Of a stretch of 64,000 nt of DNA, positions 9,676-18,876 are shown piece by piece. The notes under the pieces were generated by a model that was given only the letters and a program-made list of their open reading frames with translations, was not told the DNA's origin and did not search any database. Origin of the DNA: Candidatus Aminicenantes bacterium (GTDB lineage Bacteria; Acidobacteriota; Aminicenantia; Aminicenantales; Saccharicenantaceae); NCBI GenBank assembly GCA_963719985.1, contig CAVRDU010000001.1, positions 32,023 through 96,022 of the forward strand, in the 5' to 3' direction. A program made the translations under genes and the position numbers. Position 1 is the stretch's first letter. Every line of letters begins with the position of its first letter.

Positions 9676-10755
9676 ATGACGTTCAGGCTGTCGCGGTTCG
9701 GCCCGGAGGGAGGCGGCGTCCCGGACCGACGGAGCCGGGTCCGGACGCTCGCCGTCCGGCTCCTCGGGTACGCCGGTTTCGGCCTGTTCGTCTTCCTGAT
9801 CGTCAAGACCGGTCCCCAGGAGATCCTCAGGGCGCTCGGCCGATTGAGCCTCTGGGAGATCGGCGCCCTCATGGGGCTCCGTTTCCTCTACTGGCTCGTC
9901 CGGACGGTCAACTGGCGGGCCCTGCTCGTCGCCTCCGGCGAACGCGTGCCTTTCGTTTCCATCCTCGGCGCCCGCATCGCCGGCTATTCCGTGAGCTACC
10001 TCACGCCGGCCGGTAACATCGGGGGCGAGACCGTCCGCATCTTCGTCCTCGACTGCGTCGGGCGCAACAAGGCCCTGGCCACCGTGGTCGTCGACAAGAC
10101 CATCGAGTTCCTGGCCGGCCTGGCGACGGTCGCCCTGTCGGTCGTCTTCCTCATCACCGAGTTCGCCCTGCCCGAGCGGCAGAAGATCGGGCTCTTCGCG
10201 GCCATCGCCGGGCTCCTGCTCCTGCTCATCTTCCTCATCCTCAAGCAGAGGAAGGGCCTTTTCACCTGGGCCCTGGACACCCTGAGGAAGATCAAGATCC
10301 GCATCCCCTTCTTCGAGAGCAGGCGCGACAAGATCCTCGAGACCGACGCCCACATCTCCGATTTCTACGGGAGGAACCCCGGCCTGTTCCTGGCCCTGTT
10401 CGCGTCCTACTTCGCCCAGGCCTGGCTCTGGGCCCTGGAGATCTATCTGACCTTCCGCTTCCTCGGCGGGGCGACGCCGACGTTCTTCAAGTGCTTCCTC
10501 ATCGTCACCCTGGGCTCCTTCTACTCTTTCCTGCCCGTGCCCGGGTCGATGGGCATCTACGAGCTGACCTACGTCTCTCTTTTCGCCCTGCTGCGGATCG
10601 AGATGTCGGCCGGGATGGCCGTCATCCTCATCCGCCGGGTCGTGGGGCTCGTCTGGGCGGGGATCGGGCTCGTCCCCCTGATGAAGAAACGGGCGGCCCG
10701 GCCGGTCAACGGGCCGGCGCCACCGACGGATCCCTGCCCTTCCTCAGGAACCTGA
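9676..10755 (+). CDS. Lysylphosphatidylglycerol synthase TM-region / UPF0104 flippase-like protein
   Basis: Multiple TM helices; RTVNWRALL, TPAGNIGGETVR, VVVDKTIE, LPVPGSMGIYE motifs. Confidence 0.8.
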   Translation: MTFRLSRFGPEGGGVPDRRSRVRTLAVRLLGYAGFGLFVFLIVKTGPQEILRALGRLSLWEIGALMGLRFLYWLVRTVNWRALLVASGERVPFVSILGARIAGYSVSYLTPAGNIGGETVRIFVLDCVGRNKALATVVVDKTIEFLAGLATVALSVVFLITEFALPERQKIGLFAAIAGLLLLLIFLILKQRKGLFTWALDTLRKIKIRIPFFESRRDKILETDAHISDFYGRNPGLFLALFASYFAQAWLWALEIYLTFRFLGGATPTFFKCFLIVTLGSFYSFLPVPGSMGIYELTYVSLFALLRIEMSAGMAVILIRRVVGLVWAGIGLVPLMKKRAARPVNGPAPPTDPCPSSGT

Positions 10756-11410
10756 TCAGCTTGATGACCGTCCCCAAGGAGGCCATCAGGCCGACCCCGA
10801 TCAGGATGCCGATCGGCCAGCCGGCGACGGAGAAGACGAAGATGGCGAAAACGGCCAGGTTCTTGGCCTCGGCCCCTTCCCCGTTGTTTTGGGCGCCCAT
10901 GTAGATGTTGTTGAGGTAGTACAGGGACACCTGGAGGAAATAGAGCCCGATGGTCATCAGGCCGAGCATGAGGATGCGGGGATCGGCCGAGGCCCGGTAG
11001 AGCCCGAAGGTCACCCCCGCCAGGACGGCGAAGTCGGCGATCCGGTCGAGGAAGAGGTCGAGGAAGGCGCCGTAGCGGCTGGCCATGTTCTTGGCCCGGG
11101 CGAGCATGCCGTCGGCGTTGTCGAAGATGGCCGAGAGCATGGCCAGAAAGCCGCCGATCACGAAGAAGGCGGGCCGGCCGACCGTGTAGACGAGCCCGGC
11201 GACGAGGGCCAGGAAGAAGGACGTCAGGGTGAGATGGTTCGGGGTCAGGTTCGTCCCGAAGACCGCCCGGACGATCAGAGAGGCGGGGGGCCGGACGAGA
11301 ATACGGTCGACGGGTAAATACTTGTGGATGAACGGGTAGGACCTGACGGTCTTGAGGGATCTCTGGTATTCGAAGCGTGCTTCGGTCGGGGGAACGGGCA
11401 GTTCTGACAT
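10706..11410 (-). CDS. CDP-alcohol phosphatidyltransferase family protein
   Basis: TPNHLT and signature DNADGMLARAKNMASRYGAFLDLFLDR (D-x2-DG-x2-AR-x8-G-x3-D-x3-D). Confidence 0.9.
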   Translation of the reverse strand: MSELPVPPTEARFEYQRSLKTVRSYPFIHKYLPVDRILVRPPASLIVRAVFGTNLTPNHLTLTSFFLALVAGLVYTVGRPAFFVIGGFLAMLSAIFDNADGMLARAKNMASRYGAFLDLFLDRIADFAVLAGVTFGLYRASADPRILMLGLMTIGLYFLQVSLYYLNNIYMGAQNNGEGAEAKNLAVFAIFVFSVAGWPIGILIGVGLMASLGTVIKLIRFLRKGRDPSVAPAR

Positions 11411-11513
11411 TTCGGTCTTTATATCCCAGTCTCCCCTCACGCGTCAAGCTGCTGCCCTCGGCCCCCCTCGCTGGGAGGGCCCGACGACGACGCGGACTCG
11501 CGCCGGAGCGATA

Positions 11514-11522
11514 TGGTATAAT
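11514..11522 (+). promoter_or_regulatory. Extended -10 promoter element, flanked by inverted repeat GCGATAT-N11-ATATCGC (11508-11532)
   Basis: TGGTATAAT about 22 nt upstream of ATG 11544. Confidence 0.45.
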
Positions 11523-11543
11523 CTGATATCGCGAGGTGACCGA

Positions 11544-12437
11544 ATGAGGAAACGAGGCTGGCTCCTGATCCCCGCCCTGGCTTCCCTGGCCTTGCCCCTC
11601 GCGTCCCAGGAGGAGGTCACCCTCCGCTTCGGGCCGGCCGAGGGGAGCCGCCTGACCTACAGCCTCTCGAGCGTCGTCAACGTCGACGGCAAGAACTTCT
11701 TCGGCAAGGACCTGGCCCTCAACGCCGACTCCAGGGGCGAGATCCGGTTCCTGGCCAAGCCGTCGAGCCGGGACACCGTCCGGGCCGACCTGACCACCCC
11801 GGGGATCGACGTCAACGTCCGGCTGCCCGATCGCGTCATCTCCCAGAAGCTCGGCACGACCGACGGACAAGCCCTGGAGGTCGTATTCAACAGGACAGGC
11901 AAGGTCGAATCCATCCGCAACCCCGAGGCCCTCGGTTCGGGCAACCCGTTCAATGTCTCCATCCCCCAGATCCTGCGCGATTACTTCCCGGCCTTTCCGG
12001 TCGGGCCGATCGGCCGCGGCGAGTCCTGGAGCGAGAGCCGGCGCCTGGCCATTCCCTTCCAGGGACTCGAACTCCAGATCAACCTGGCCATCACCTACAC
12101 GCTCGACGACGTCCTCCCGGCCTCCGACGGGCGCCTGGCCTTCGTCTCCGCCGTCTACCGGGTGACGGTCTCGGGGAGCAAGGACCTCGGCGACACCCAA
12201 GGGGTCTTCGAAGGCGAAGGCGCGGGGGCGGGTTCCCTCCAGATCCAGGTCGACAAGGGCTGGTTCTCCGAGTACCGGATCGACTTCAAGACCGACGCCT
12301 CCTTCGTCATGAAGAAGGGGGCGGAGCGGCTGGCCGAATTCCCGTTCTCGTTCTCGGCCTTCGCCGAGGTCGTCCTGCTCTACGCTCAGGCGCCCGATCC
12401 CGCGATCCGGACCCACTTCTCGAGCGCCGTGAAATAG
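11544..12437 (+). CDS. Exported beta-rich hypothetical protein (DUF6263-like)
   Basis: Signal peptide MRKRGWLLIPALASLALPLA; GAGG RBS; alternating beta-strand patterns; family call tentative. Confidence 0.6.
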   Translation: MRKRGWLLIPALASLALPLASQEEVTLRFGPAEGSRLTYSLSSVVNVDGKNFFGKDLALNADSRGEIRFLAKPSSRDTVRADLTTPGIDVNVRLPDRVISQKLGTTDGQALEVVFNRTGKVESIRNPEALGSGNPFNVSIPQILRDYFPAFPVGPIGRGESWSESRRLAIPFQGLELQINLAITYTLDDVLPASDGRLAFVSAVYRVTVSGSKDLGDTQGVFEGEGAGAGSLQIQVDKGWFSEYRIDFKTDASFVMKKGAERLAEFPFSFSAFAEVVLLYAQAPDPAIRTHFSSAVK

Positions 12438-15400
12438 AGCCCCGACTCCTTGACCTTCTCTCCCGTGAGCCCGGCCCAGTAGCGGGTGTAGAGCCTGACC
12501 TGGGGGGCGTAGAAGTCCACGAGCCGGCCGAGCGCTCTGTCCCTGTCGTCCTCGGCGGCATCCGCCAGAGCTTCGGGCAGCCGGTCGGTCTTGTAGTCGG
12601 CGATGACCCACCCGTCCGGCTCGAAGAAGGCCAGGTCGACCGCTCCCGTCAGGAAGACCGCCGCCCCGGGGGCGGGTACGACGACCCTTTCCCCAGCGCG
12701 AGCGACGGAGCCGGGACACGGGGCGAGGTCCTTATAGCCGTCCGTCCCGGGCTCCACCCGGACCGCGAACGGCACTTCGAACAGGCGCCGCGCGGCCTTC
12801 ATCGCCCTTAGCCAGAACCCCGAGCGGACGATGGCGGCGACATGGCGGGCCAGGTCCCGCGAATCCGTCGGGGTCCGGCCCGCGGCGACGAGGACGTCCC
12901 GGGCCATCCGGCCGAGCGCCTCCTCTCCCGCCAGCTCCTCCGGAAGCGCCCCCGCGGCGGCCGGCCAGTTCTCGCCCAACGACTTCAACATGACGTGGAC
13001 CTCGGAGCCCCAGCGGCCCAGGCCGCCCTTGGCCCATTCGGGCGGCTCCAGGTCGCGCCTGGCGACGGAGGTCACGGTCTCGTGGAGCGTCCCGGCCAGC
13101 GCGGCCTCGGCCATCTTCCTCTGCAGGCCCACCCGGGCCCTCATCGCTTCGTCGGGTGTGACGATCCCCGGCTTCCTCGCGCGCTTGGCCGACGACCCCG
13201 TCCTCTCCGCCGCGACCGGGGGGCACGCGGGAAGCTCGGGGAGCGCATCGAAGCCCTTTTCGAGCGGCCCCCAGGCCTTTCTCTCTCCCAGGTCGCCCTC
13301 GTAAGCGCTGACGACGAGCAGGTCCCGGGCCCGGGTCGCCGCGACGTACATCAACCTGTTCTCCTCGGCCTCCTCGTAATTCCTCTCCTCGGCCGCGCTC
13401 TCCTCCCAGCCCAGGGGCTGCGACACGGTCTTCCTGGCGAAGCCGAACGGCTTGGTGAACCGGAAATGCCCTCGCGGCTTTCCGTCCGCCCGCCGGACGT
13501 GCTTGTCCGGTTCGAAATCGCGGACCCCGGCCGGATTGGCCAGCCAGACGACGGGCGCTTCGAGGCCTTTGGCCTTGTGCAGGTTCATCAGCCGGACGGC
13601 GTCGCGGCGGCCGGGGGCGAGGCTCATCTCTTCGACCGGCTGGACGCCGACCCATTCCTCCATGAACTCCACGGCGGCGGCGAAGGAAGCCATCTCCTCG
13701 CTCTCGCGCCCGCGCAGGACCTCGACGAGCTTGAGGACGTTGCCGGTCCGGCTGCCGCCCATCTCGGCCGTCACGAGGTGGTTGAGGAGCCCGGACCTCT
13801 GGAGGATCGTCTCCAGGGCCGCCGAGGGAGGGAGCTTGGCCGCGAGCTCGCGCCAGCCGGCGAGGACGCCGAAGGCCCGCCTCACCCGTTCCGCTCCCCG
13901 CTCTCCGCGGTCCGGGTCGGCGCAGCAGAACCCTCCGCCGGCCGCCCGGTGCTCGAGGAGCTCCTGGTCGCTCAGCCCGAAGAAGAGCCCGCGCAGGACG
14001 GCCACCGCGGCGACGGAGTCGTCGGGATCTTCGAGCGCCCGGAGCAGGTTCATGACCTCGCCGATCTCGCCGTTGGCGGCGAAGGCGTCGCTGCCGGAGA
14101 TCTCATAGGGGATCTCGCGCTCTTCGAGCCGCCGGGCGTAGACGCTCATGCGGTCCTTGTAGCGGAAGAGGACGAGGAAATCGCCCGGTTCGGCCGGCCG
14201 GGAGCCGCCCCGGCCGTCGTCGAGGACGAGGTTCCCGCGAAGGGCCCAGGCGACGAAATCGGCCAGCCGCCGCGAATCGGATTCGGCGATGGGCTCCTTG
14301 GCGTTCCTGGGCACGGCTGGCACCGGGCTCCGGCGGACACCGGCGAGGGGCAGGCTCCCCGGGCCGCGCATGGCCTCGAGCCTCATGAAGCCGGCCTGGT
14401 AGGTGTCCGCTCTTTCGGGGAAGAGCCCGCCCCGGGCCGGGTCGAAGAGCGGATTGACCCAGTCGGCGACCGGTCCGAGGGTCCGGAAGTTGGCGCTGAG
14501 CTCGAGGACCGCGCCGCCGGAGGCGACGACCCGGTCCTTGACCAGGTTGTAGATGTCGATGTCGGCCCGCCGGAACCGGTAGATCGACTGCTTGGGATCG
14601 CCGACGAGAAACAGCGAGCCCGCCTCGGGCTCGAGCTTCGTCCAATCGCGCCCGGCGTCGTCCCTCCGCCCGGCGAGGAGGAACAGGATCTCCGCCTGGA
14701 CGGGATCGGTGTCCTGGAACTCGTCGACGAGGATCGGGCGGAAGCGCTTCTTGAAGTAGAGACGGACCTCGGGATTCTCGCGGAGGAGCTCCGCGGCGAG
14801 CATGAGCTGGTCCTGGAAGTTGAGCCGGCCCTCGGCCCGGCGCCTCGCGGCGTAGAACGCGACGGCCGGGCCGAGGAAGGCCAGGGCCCGGGCGTGCCGG
14901 AACTCGCGCCATTCGCGGAGGGCCGGGACGGCGTGTTTTTCCTGGAAATCCTCCGACGCGGAAAGCATCGTCTCGGCGTCCTCCTTGGAGGCCCAGCGGT
15001 TCTTGGTGACCGCGAGCGTCTTGTCGAAGAGCTCGAGCGTCTCCGTCAGGCGGCGCGGGTCGGCGAATCCGATGTTGCGCCGGCGGCGGAACGAACGGAC
15101 GAGGACGGACTGGAGGGCGTCGCGGCCTTTCTCCGGACGCTCCCTCGGGACGAGTCCCTGGGCCAGGTCGAGGAGCTTCTCCAGGGCCCGGCGCGCCTTC
15201 GTCAAGTCGGGAGGTCCGGTCCGGCCGGGGACCGGCTCGACATCGGAGAAGCCGGAGAGGGCTTCGAAGGCCGACTCGAGCTCGGAGGGCTCGAGCCCGG
15301 CCTCGTCGAGGCCGAGCAGGGCGGCCGCGTTCTCGAGCCGGGCCTTGGCCTGGAACTCGTCCCAACACGCTTCGCGGAGGACCCGGTCCTCGTGCTCTTC

Positions 15401-15799
15401 GAGCTCCCGGAAGTCGGGATCGATGCCCGCCTCGATGGGCCGCTCCCGGAGCAGCCGGGCGCAGAAGGAGTGGATCGTCCCGATGAAGGATCTCTCCAGG
15501 CCGTTCAGGGCGGCGTCGAGCCGGTCCCGGACCGGGGCGTCCTTCTCCGCGGTCCGGGCCTTCTCCAGCCCGACCTGGAACCGCCCCCGGAGCTCGGCCG
15601 CAGCCTTGCGGGTGAAAGTGACGGCGGCCAGGGTGTCGATCTCCGTCCGGCCCGAGGCGAGAAGCGCGACCATGCGGTCGACCAGGCTCTTGGTCTTGCC
15701 CGATCCCGCCCCGGCCTCGACGAGGAAGGTCGTGTCGAGGTCGCTCACGATCCTGTCGCGGGCGGCCTGGTCGGGGGGAGCCTTCTTGGTCACGCTCAT
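12386..15799 (-). CDS. addA: AddA/UvrD-like SF1 helicase with C-terminal PD-(D/E)XK nuclease
   Basis: AGAGSGKT, TFTRKAAAEL, GTIHSFC, VDEFQDT, VGDPKQSIYRFRRAD, LHKAKGLE, RLMYVAATRARD, nuclease GAVDL...IADYKTD; start overlaps addB stop by 1 nt. Confidence 0.88.
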   Translation of the reverse strand: MSVTKKAPPDQAARDRIVSDLDTTFLVEAGAGSGKTKSLVDRMVALLASGRTEIDTLAAVTFTRKAAAELRGRFQVGLEKARTAEKDAPVRDRLDAALNGLERSFIGTIHSFCARLLRERPIEAGIDPDFRELEEHEDRVLREACWDEFQAKARLENAAALLGLDEAGLEPSELESAFEALSGFSDVEPVPGRTGPPDLTKARRALEKLLDLAQGLVPRERPEKGRDALQSVLVRSFRRRRNIGFADPRRLTETLELFDKTLAVTKNRWASKEDAETMLSASEDFQEKHAVPALREWREFRHARALAFLGPAVAFYAARRRAEGRLNFQDQLMLAAELLRENPEVRLYFKKRFRPILVDEFQDTDPVQAEILFLLAGRRDDAGRDWTKLEPEAGSLFLVGDPKQSIYRFRRADIDIYNLVKDRVVASGGAVLELSANFRTLGPVADWVNPLFDPARGGLFPERADTYQAGFMRLEAMRGPGSLPLAGVRRSPVPAVPRNAKEPIAESDSRRLADFVAWALRGNLVLDDGRGGSRPAEPGDFLVLFRYKDRMSVYARRLEEREIPYEISGSDAFAANGEIGEVMNLLRALEDPDDSVAAVAVLRGLFFGLSDQELLEHRAAGGGFCCADPDRGERGAERVRRAFGVLAGWRELAAKLPPSAALETILQRSGLLNHLVTAEMGGSRTGNVLKLVEVLRGRESEEMASFAAAVEFMEEWVGVQPVEEMSLAPGRRDAVRLMNLHKAKGLEAPVVWLANPAGVRDFEPDKHVRRADGKPRGHFRFTKPFGFARKTVSQPLGWEESAAEERNYEEAEENRLMYVAATRARDLLVVSAYEGDLGERKAWGPLEKGFDALPELPACPPVAAERTGSSAKRARKPGIVTPDEAMRARVGLQRKMAEAALAGTLHETVTSVARRDLEPPEWAKGGLGRWGSEVHVMLKSLGENWPAAAGALPEELAGEEALGRMARDVLVAAGRTPTDSRDLARHVAAIVRSGFWLRAMKAARRLFEVPFAVRVEPGTDGYKDLAPCPGSVARAGERVVVPAPGAAVFLTGAVDLAFFEPDGWVIADYKTDRLPEALADAAEDDRDRALGRLVDFYAPQVRLYTRYWAGLTGEKVKESGLYFTALEKWVRIAGSGA

Positions 15800-18700
15800 C
15801 ACTTGTACTCGTCGAGCCTGTCGTAGGCCGCGAAGACCTCGGGGCTCCCGTCCCTCTTGCGGACCGACGCCCTGGCCGCCTCGGGGCCGCAGACCGGGGC
15901 GAAGTCGCAGAACTTGCACTTGGCCTCGGGGCCGGCCAGGAAATAGCCCTTCCGGATCAGGGCCAGCAGGTCGTCGAGGAGGGCCGCGAGCCGGCCCCGG
16001 TCGAAGTCCTTGATGATCCTTTCCAAGCCTTCGCCGCGGCGGGACGGGAAGAGATAGCCGCTCTGGGCGACCCGCGGGCTCCCCGCCCCCGGCCTGGCCG
16101 CGAGGATCTTCTCCAGGGCGACGGCATAGAGGGCGTGCTGGATCATCCGGCCCCGTCCGAACTCGACCAGCTCCTCGTAATCCGAGGGGTTGCCCGTCTT
16201 GTAGTCCAGGACCCGGTAGGTCTCCCCGCCCAGCCGGTCGACCCGGTCGATGAAGCCCCTCAGAAGGAAGGAGCGGCGGTCGCCGAGGTCGATCCGCTCG
16301 TTCGCGATCTCGAGCTCGAACTCCAGCGGCTCGCCTCTCTCCTCGAGGTTCTCCTCGGCGGCGAGGAAGATGGCCAGGGAATCCAGGACGTTCCGCCGCT
16401 CGCTCTCGTAGATGGCCTCCGAGGGCGGCGGGACTTCTTCCTTCCAACGGGCCAGGGCCTCGCCGGAGACCTCTTCCATGAGCCCCCCATGCCTCAGGGC
16501 CGAGACCTCCTCCCCCGTCGCCTTGACCCTGGTCATGAACTCGCAGAGGACCTCGTGGAGGAGGCTGCCCCGCTGGAGGGGGTCGAGCCAGCGCGACCGG
16601 TCGAACTCGACATCCTCAGGCGCTTCGACCTTGAGCACGTGCCGCAGGAAATAGGCGAAGGGGCACCTGGCCAGAAGCTCGAGCCGGGACGCGGACATGA
16701 CGGCCCGGCCGCCGGCCAGGGGATCGATCTCGTCGCGGACAGGCCCGATGTCGACGATCCCGTCGAACTCCGTGAGCCTGTCGCCGGCCCGGGCGGCCGC
16801 GCCGGCCAAGCCCGAGGCCAGGTCGGCGAAATTGGCGGCGATCGTGCCCGGCCCGTCGGGACGGGCGCCGCTCCCCGCCAGCCGTTCCAGCCACCAGTCG
16901 ATCTCGTCGAAGGACCGCTCGGCGCCGCCGGGCAGGAATCCGGCCGCTTCGGGGACGCCCCGCTCGAGGGCCGCGTAGTCCAGCCCCGGCTCCCCCCGCA
17001 TGAGCCGGTAGGCCTGGAGCACGACCGAGGAGGGGAAGGACTCCCGGCCGTCGACGACGTCGAACGAGGGATAGCTGAAAACGACCCGGCCGCGGAGGGA
17101 GGAGAGCGTCGCGGCCAGGCCGAACAGGCCGGACCGGAGCTCGTCGGCCGACGTCGGCAGGTCGTCCGAGTGCGCGGCCCGCTCCTCGTCGAGGAGGACC
17201 GGGTCCTGGAGGCCCCGGCCGGGGAAGGTCGCCTCGTCGAGCCCGACGACGAAGGTCACCGGCCGGCCGGAATGCCCGCCGCCGGAAAAGGCGGAGACGT
17301 GGAGATGCCCGGCGAGAGGCGGCGAAGCGCCGACGCGGAGCGACGAGCCCGCCGTCCTCACGAGGGCTAGGGCCTCCTTGAGAGGCAGGTCCGGGAAACG
17401 GCCTTCCTCGCGGAGCTCGCCCAGCCGGTCGAGCAGGGCTTCGCGGGCCTTGCGGTCGAACGCCGTCTCGGCCCGCCCGTGCCCGCCGATGAGCGCGGCC
17501 AGCGCCGCGCAAACGGACCGCACGTCGGCCCGGCCTTCCGGATCGGACCCGGGAATGACGGAGAGGAGCCGCTCGACGCCGGCGGAAAGGGCGTCGATCT
17601 CGGCGATCGCCGCCGCCAGCGCCGCCCGGCGGGCCTCGTCGACGGCGCCGTCGCCTTCCCCGGTCCCCCGCTCGGTCCGCGCGAGGTCGGCCGCTTTGGC
17701 CGCGCGCAGGGCCAGGAGCCTGGGGAGATAACGCTCCCGGCCCCATCCGATCATGGCCCGGCGCAAATGGCGGCAGGCCGTCCGGGCCGGGAGCGGCGTC
17801 CCGGACGGCCCGGCGGGCAGGACTAGATCGCCGTTCTCGAGCAGCCGGCAGAGATGGACGCTGGAGAAGCCGTTCCCCAGCCAGTCGAGGGCGCCGAAGA
17901 AGAGCCTTCCCGGGGAGGTGAAAGACACGGGGACGCCCTCTCCGAAGGTCACGGGCAGGCCCGTCCGGGCCGAGAGGAGGTGGAAGATCGTGGCGTGGGC
18001 CGACCGCGGCGGGGCCAGGACCTCGGCGTGGTCGAACGGGAGCTTTTCCGAGAAGAGACGGCGCACGACCTCGCGGCATTCGTTGGCCGGCCCGAGGGCC
18101 CTGAAGATCTCGACGCTCCCTTCCCCGCGGAAGGCGGGGGCCTCGTCGGGAGCGAACAGCCAGGACAGCCGTTCCGCCCTCCCGGCCTCGTCCGTCCCCG
18201 GAGCCGGCCAAGCGTGCCGCGGCCGCTCCAATCCGAAGACCGGGTCGCCGGGAACGAGGACGAAGCGGTCGCCGGACGCGGCCCGAAGGAAGTCCCTCTC
18301 GAGCCGGCTCAACCGGCCGTCCCCGGGGCAGAGGACCCAGGCGGGCGGGAATTTCCCCAGCCCGGCCGCCCGGATGGCCGCCGCGAAAAAAGCGGCCTGA
18401 TCGAGGAGACCGTTCTCTTCGAGGGCCCGCTCGAAGCGGCCGACGAGAAGAGCGAACTCCCGGCCCTTGCGTTCGACCAGGAAGCGCTCCGGACGGACGG
18501 AGGCGGCGCTCAGGCCGGCCAGCCGGAAGTCCCGGACGGCCCGGTGGAGCGCGCGCGTCGATCCCGGGGAGAGGCCGGCCCGGCCGAAATACGCCAGCTC
18601 GCCTTCGTCGCGAAGCTCCCTCGCCACCCGGTCCGTCAGCGCGAGCTCGGCGGACGAGGTCATCGGCCTCCCCGCGGGCGCCCGGCCGCTCCTCTCCAGG

Positions 18701-18876
18701 ACCTCTCCGGCGAGCGCCCGCGGCGTGACGAAGCGGAGGTTGATCCAGGACCCGGCCTCGCGGGCCAGCGCCTCGCCGACCTGGCGACCGACGACGAAGG
18801 AGGGGCCGACGAAGACCTTTTCGTCGAGGGGGTGGTCGCGGCAGAAGGCCGCGAGGAATCGGACAGTCGCGTTCAC
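15799..18876 (-). CDS. addB: AddB-like protein: inactive helicase-like N-terminus plus PD-(D/E)XK nuclease with Fe-S staple
   Basis: SASRLELLARCPFAYF, RGSLLHEVL, RGFIDRVD, LDYKTG, IQHALYA, CKFCDFAPVC (four-Cys staple); no intact Walker A. Confidence 0.82.
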   Translation of the reverse strand: MNATVRFLAAFCRDHPLDEKVFVGPSFVVGRQVGEALAREAGSWINLRFVTPRALAGEVLERSGRAPAGRPMTSSAELALTDRVARELRDEGELAYFGRAGLSPGSTRALHRAVRDFRLAGLSAASVRPERFLVERKGREFALLVGRFERALEENGLLDQAAFFAAAIRAAGLGKFPPAWVLCPGDGRLSRLERDFLRAASGDRFVLVPGDPVFGLERPRHAWPAPGTDEAGRAERLSWLFAPDEAPAFRGEGSVEIFRALGPANECREVVRRLFSEKLPFDHAEVLAPPRSAHATIFHLLSARTGLPVTFGEGVPVSFTSPGRLFFGALDWLGNGFSSVHLCRLLENGDLVLPAGPSGTPLPARTACRHLRRAMIGWGRERYLPRLLALRAAKAADLARTERGTGEGDGAVDEARRAALAAAIAEIDALSAGVERLLSVIPGSDPEGRADVRSVCAALAALIGGHGRAETAFDRKAREALLDRLGELREEGRFPDLPLKEALALVRTAGSSLRVGASPPLAGHLHVSAFSGGGHSGRPVTFVVGLDEATFPGRGLQDPVLLDEERAAHSDDLPTSADELRSGLFGLAATLSSLRGRVVFSYPSFDVVDGRESFPSSVVLQAYRLMRGEPGLDYAALERGVPEAAGFLPGGAERSFDEIDWWLERLAGSGARPDGPGTIAANFADLASGLAGAAARAGDRLTEFDGIVDIGPVRDEIDPLAGGRAVMSASRLELLARCPFAYFLRHVLKVEAPEDVEFDRSRWLDPLQRGSLLHEVLCEFMTRVKATGEEVSALRHGGLMEEVSGEALARWKEEVPPPSEAIYESERRNVLDSLAIFLAAEENLEERGEPLEFELEIANERIDLGDRRSFLLRGFIDRVDRLGGETYRVLDYKTGNPSDYEELVEFGRGRMIQHALYAVALEKILAARPGAGSPRVAQSGYLFPSRRGEGLERIIKDFDRGRLAALLDDLLALIRKGYFLAGPEAKCKFCDFAPVCGPEAARASVRKRDGSPEVFAAYDRLDEYK

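Noticed and set aside
15800-16447. N-terminal extension of addA in the ORF track (to 16447), and similar extensions at 2689, 4039, 9391, 9872, 25310, 48841 and 50463
   Set aside because: They overlap the upstream gene and lack motifs; downstream starts have RBS or stop-start coupling.
15799-16700. Cas4-like four-Cys nuclease motif suggesting CRISPR or a defence system
   Set aside because: It is the C-terminal domain of a 1025-aa AddB-like protein paired with AddA; no cas genes or repeat-spacer array in the window.
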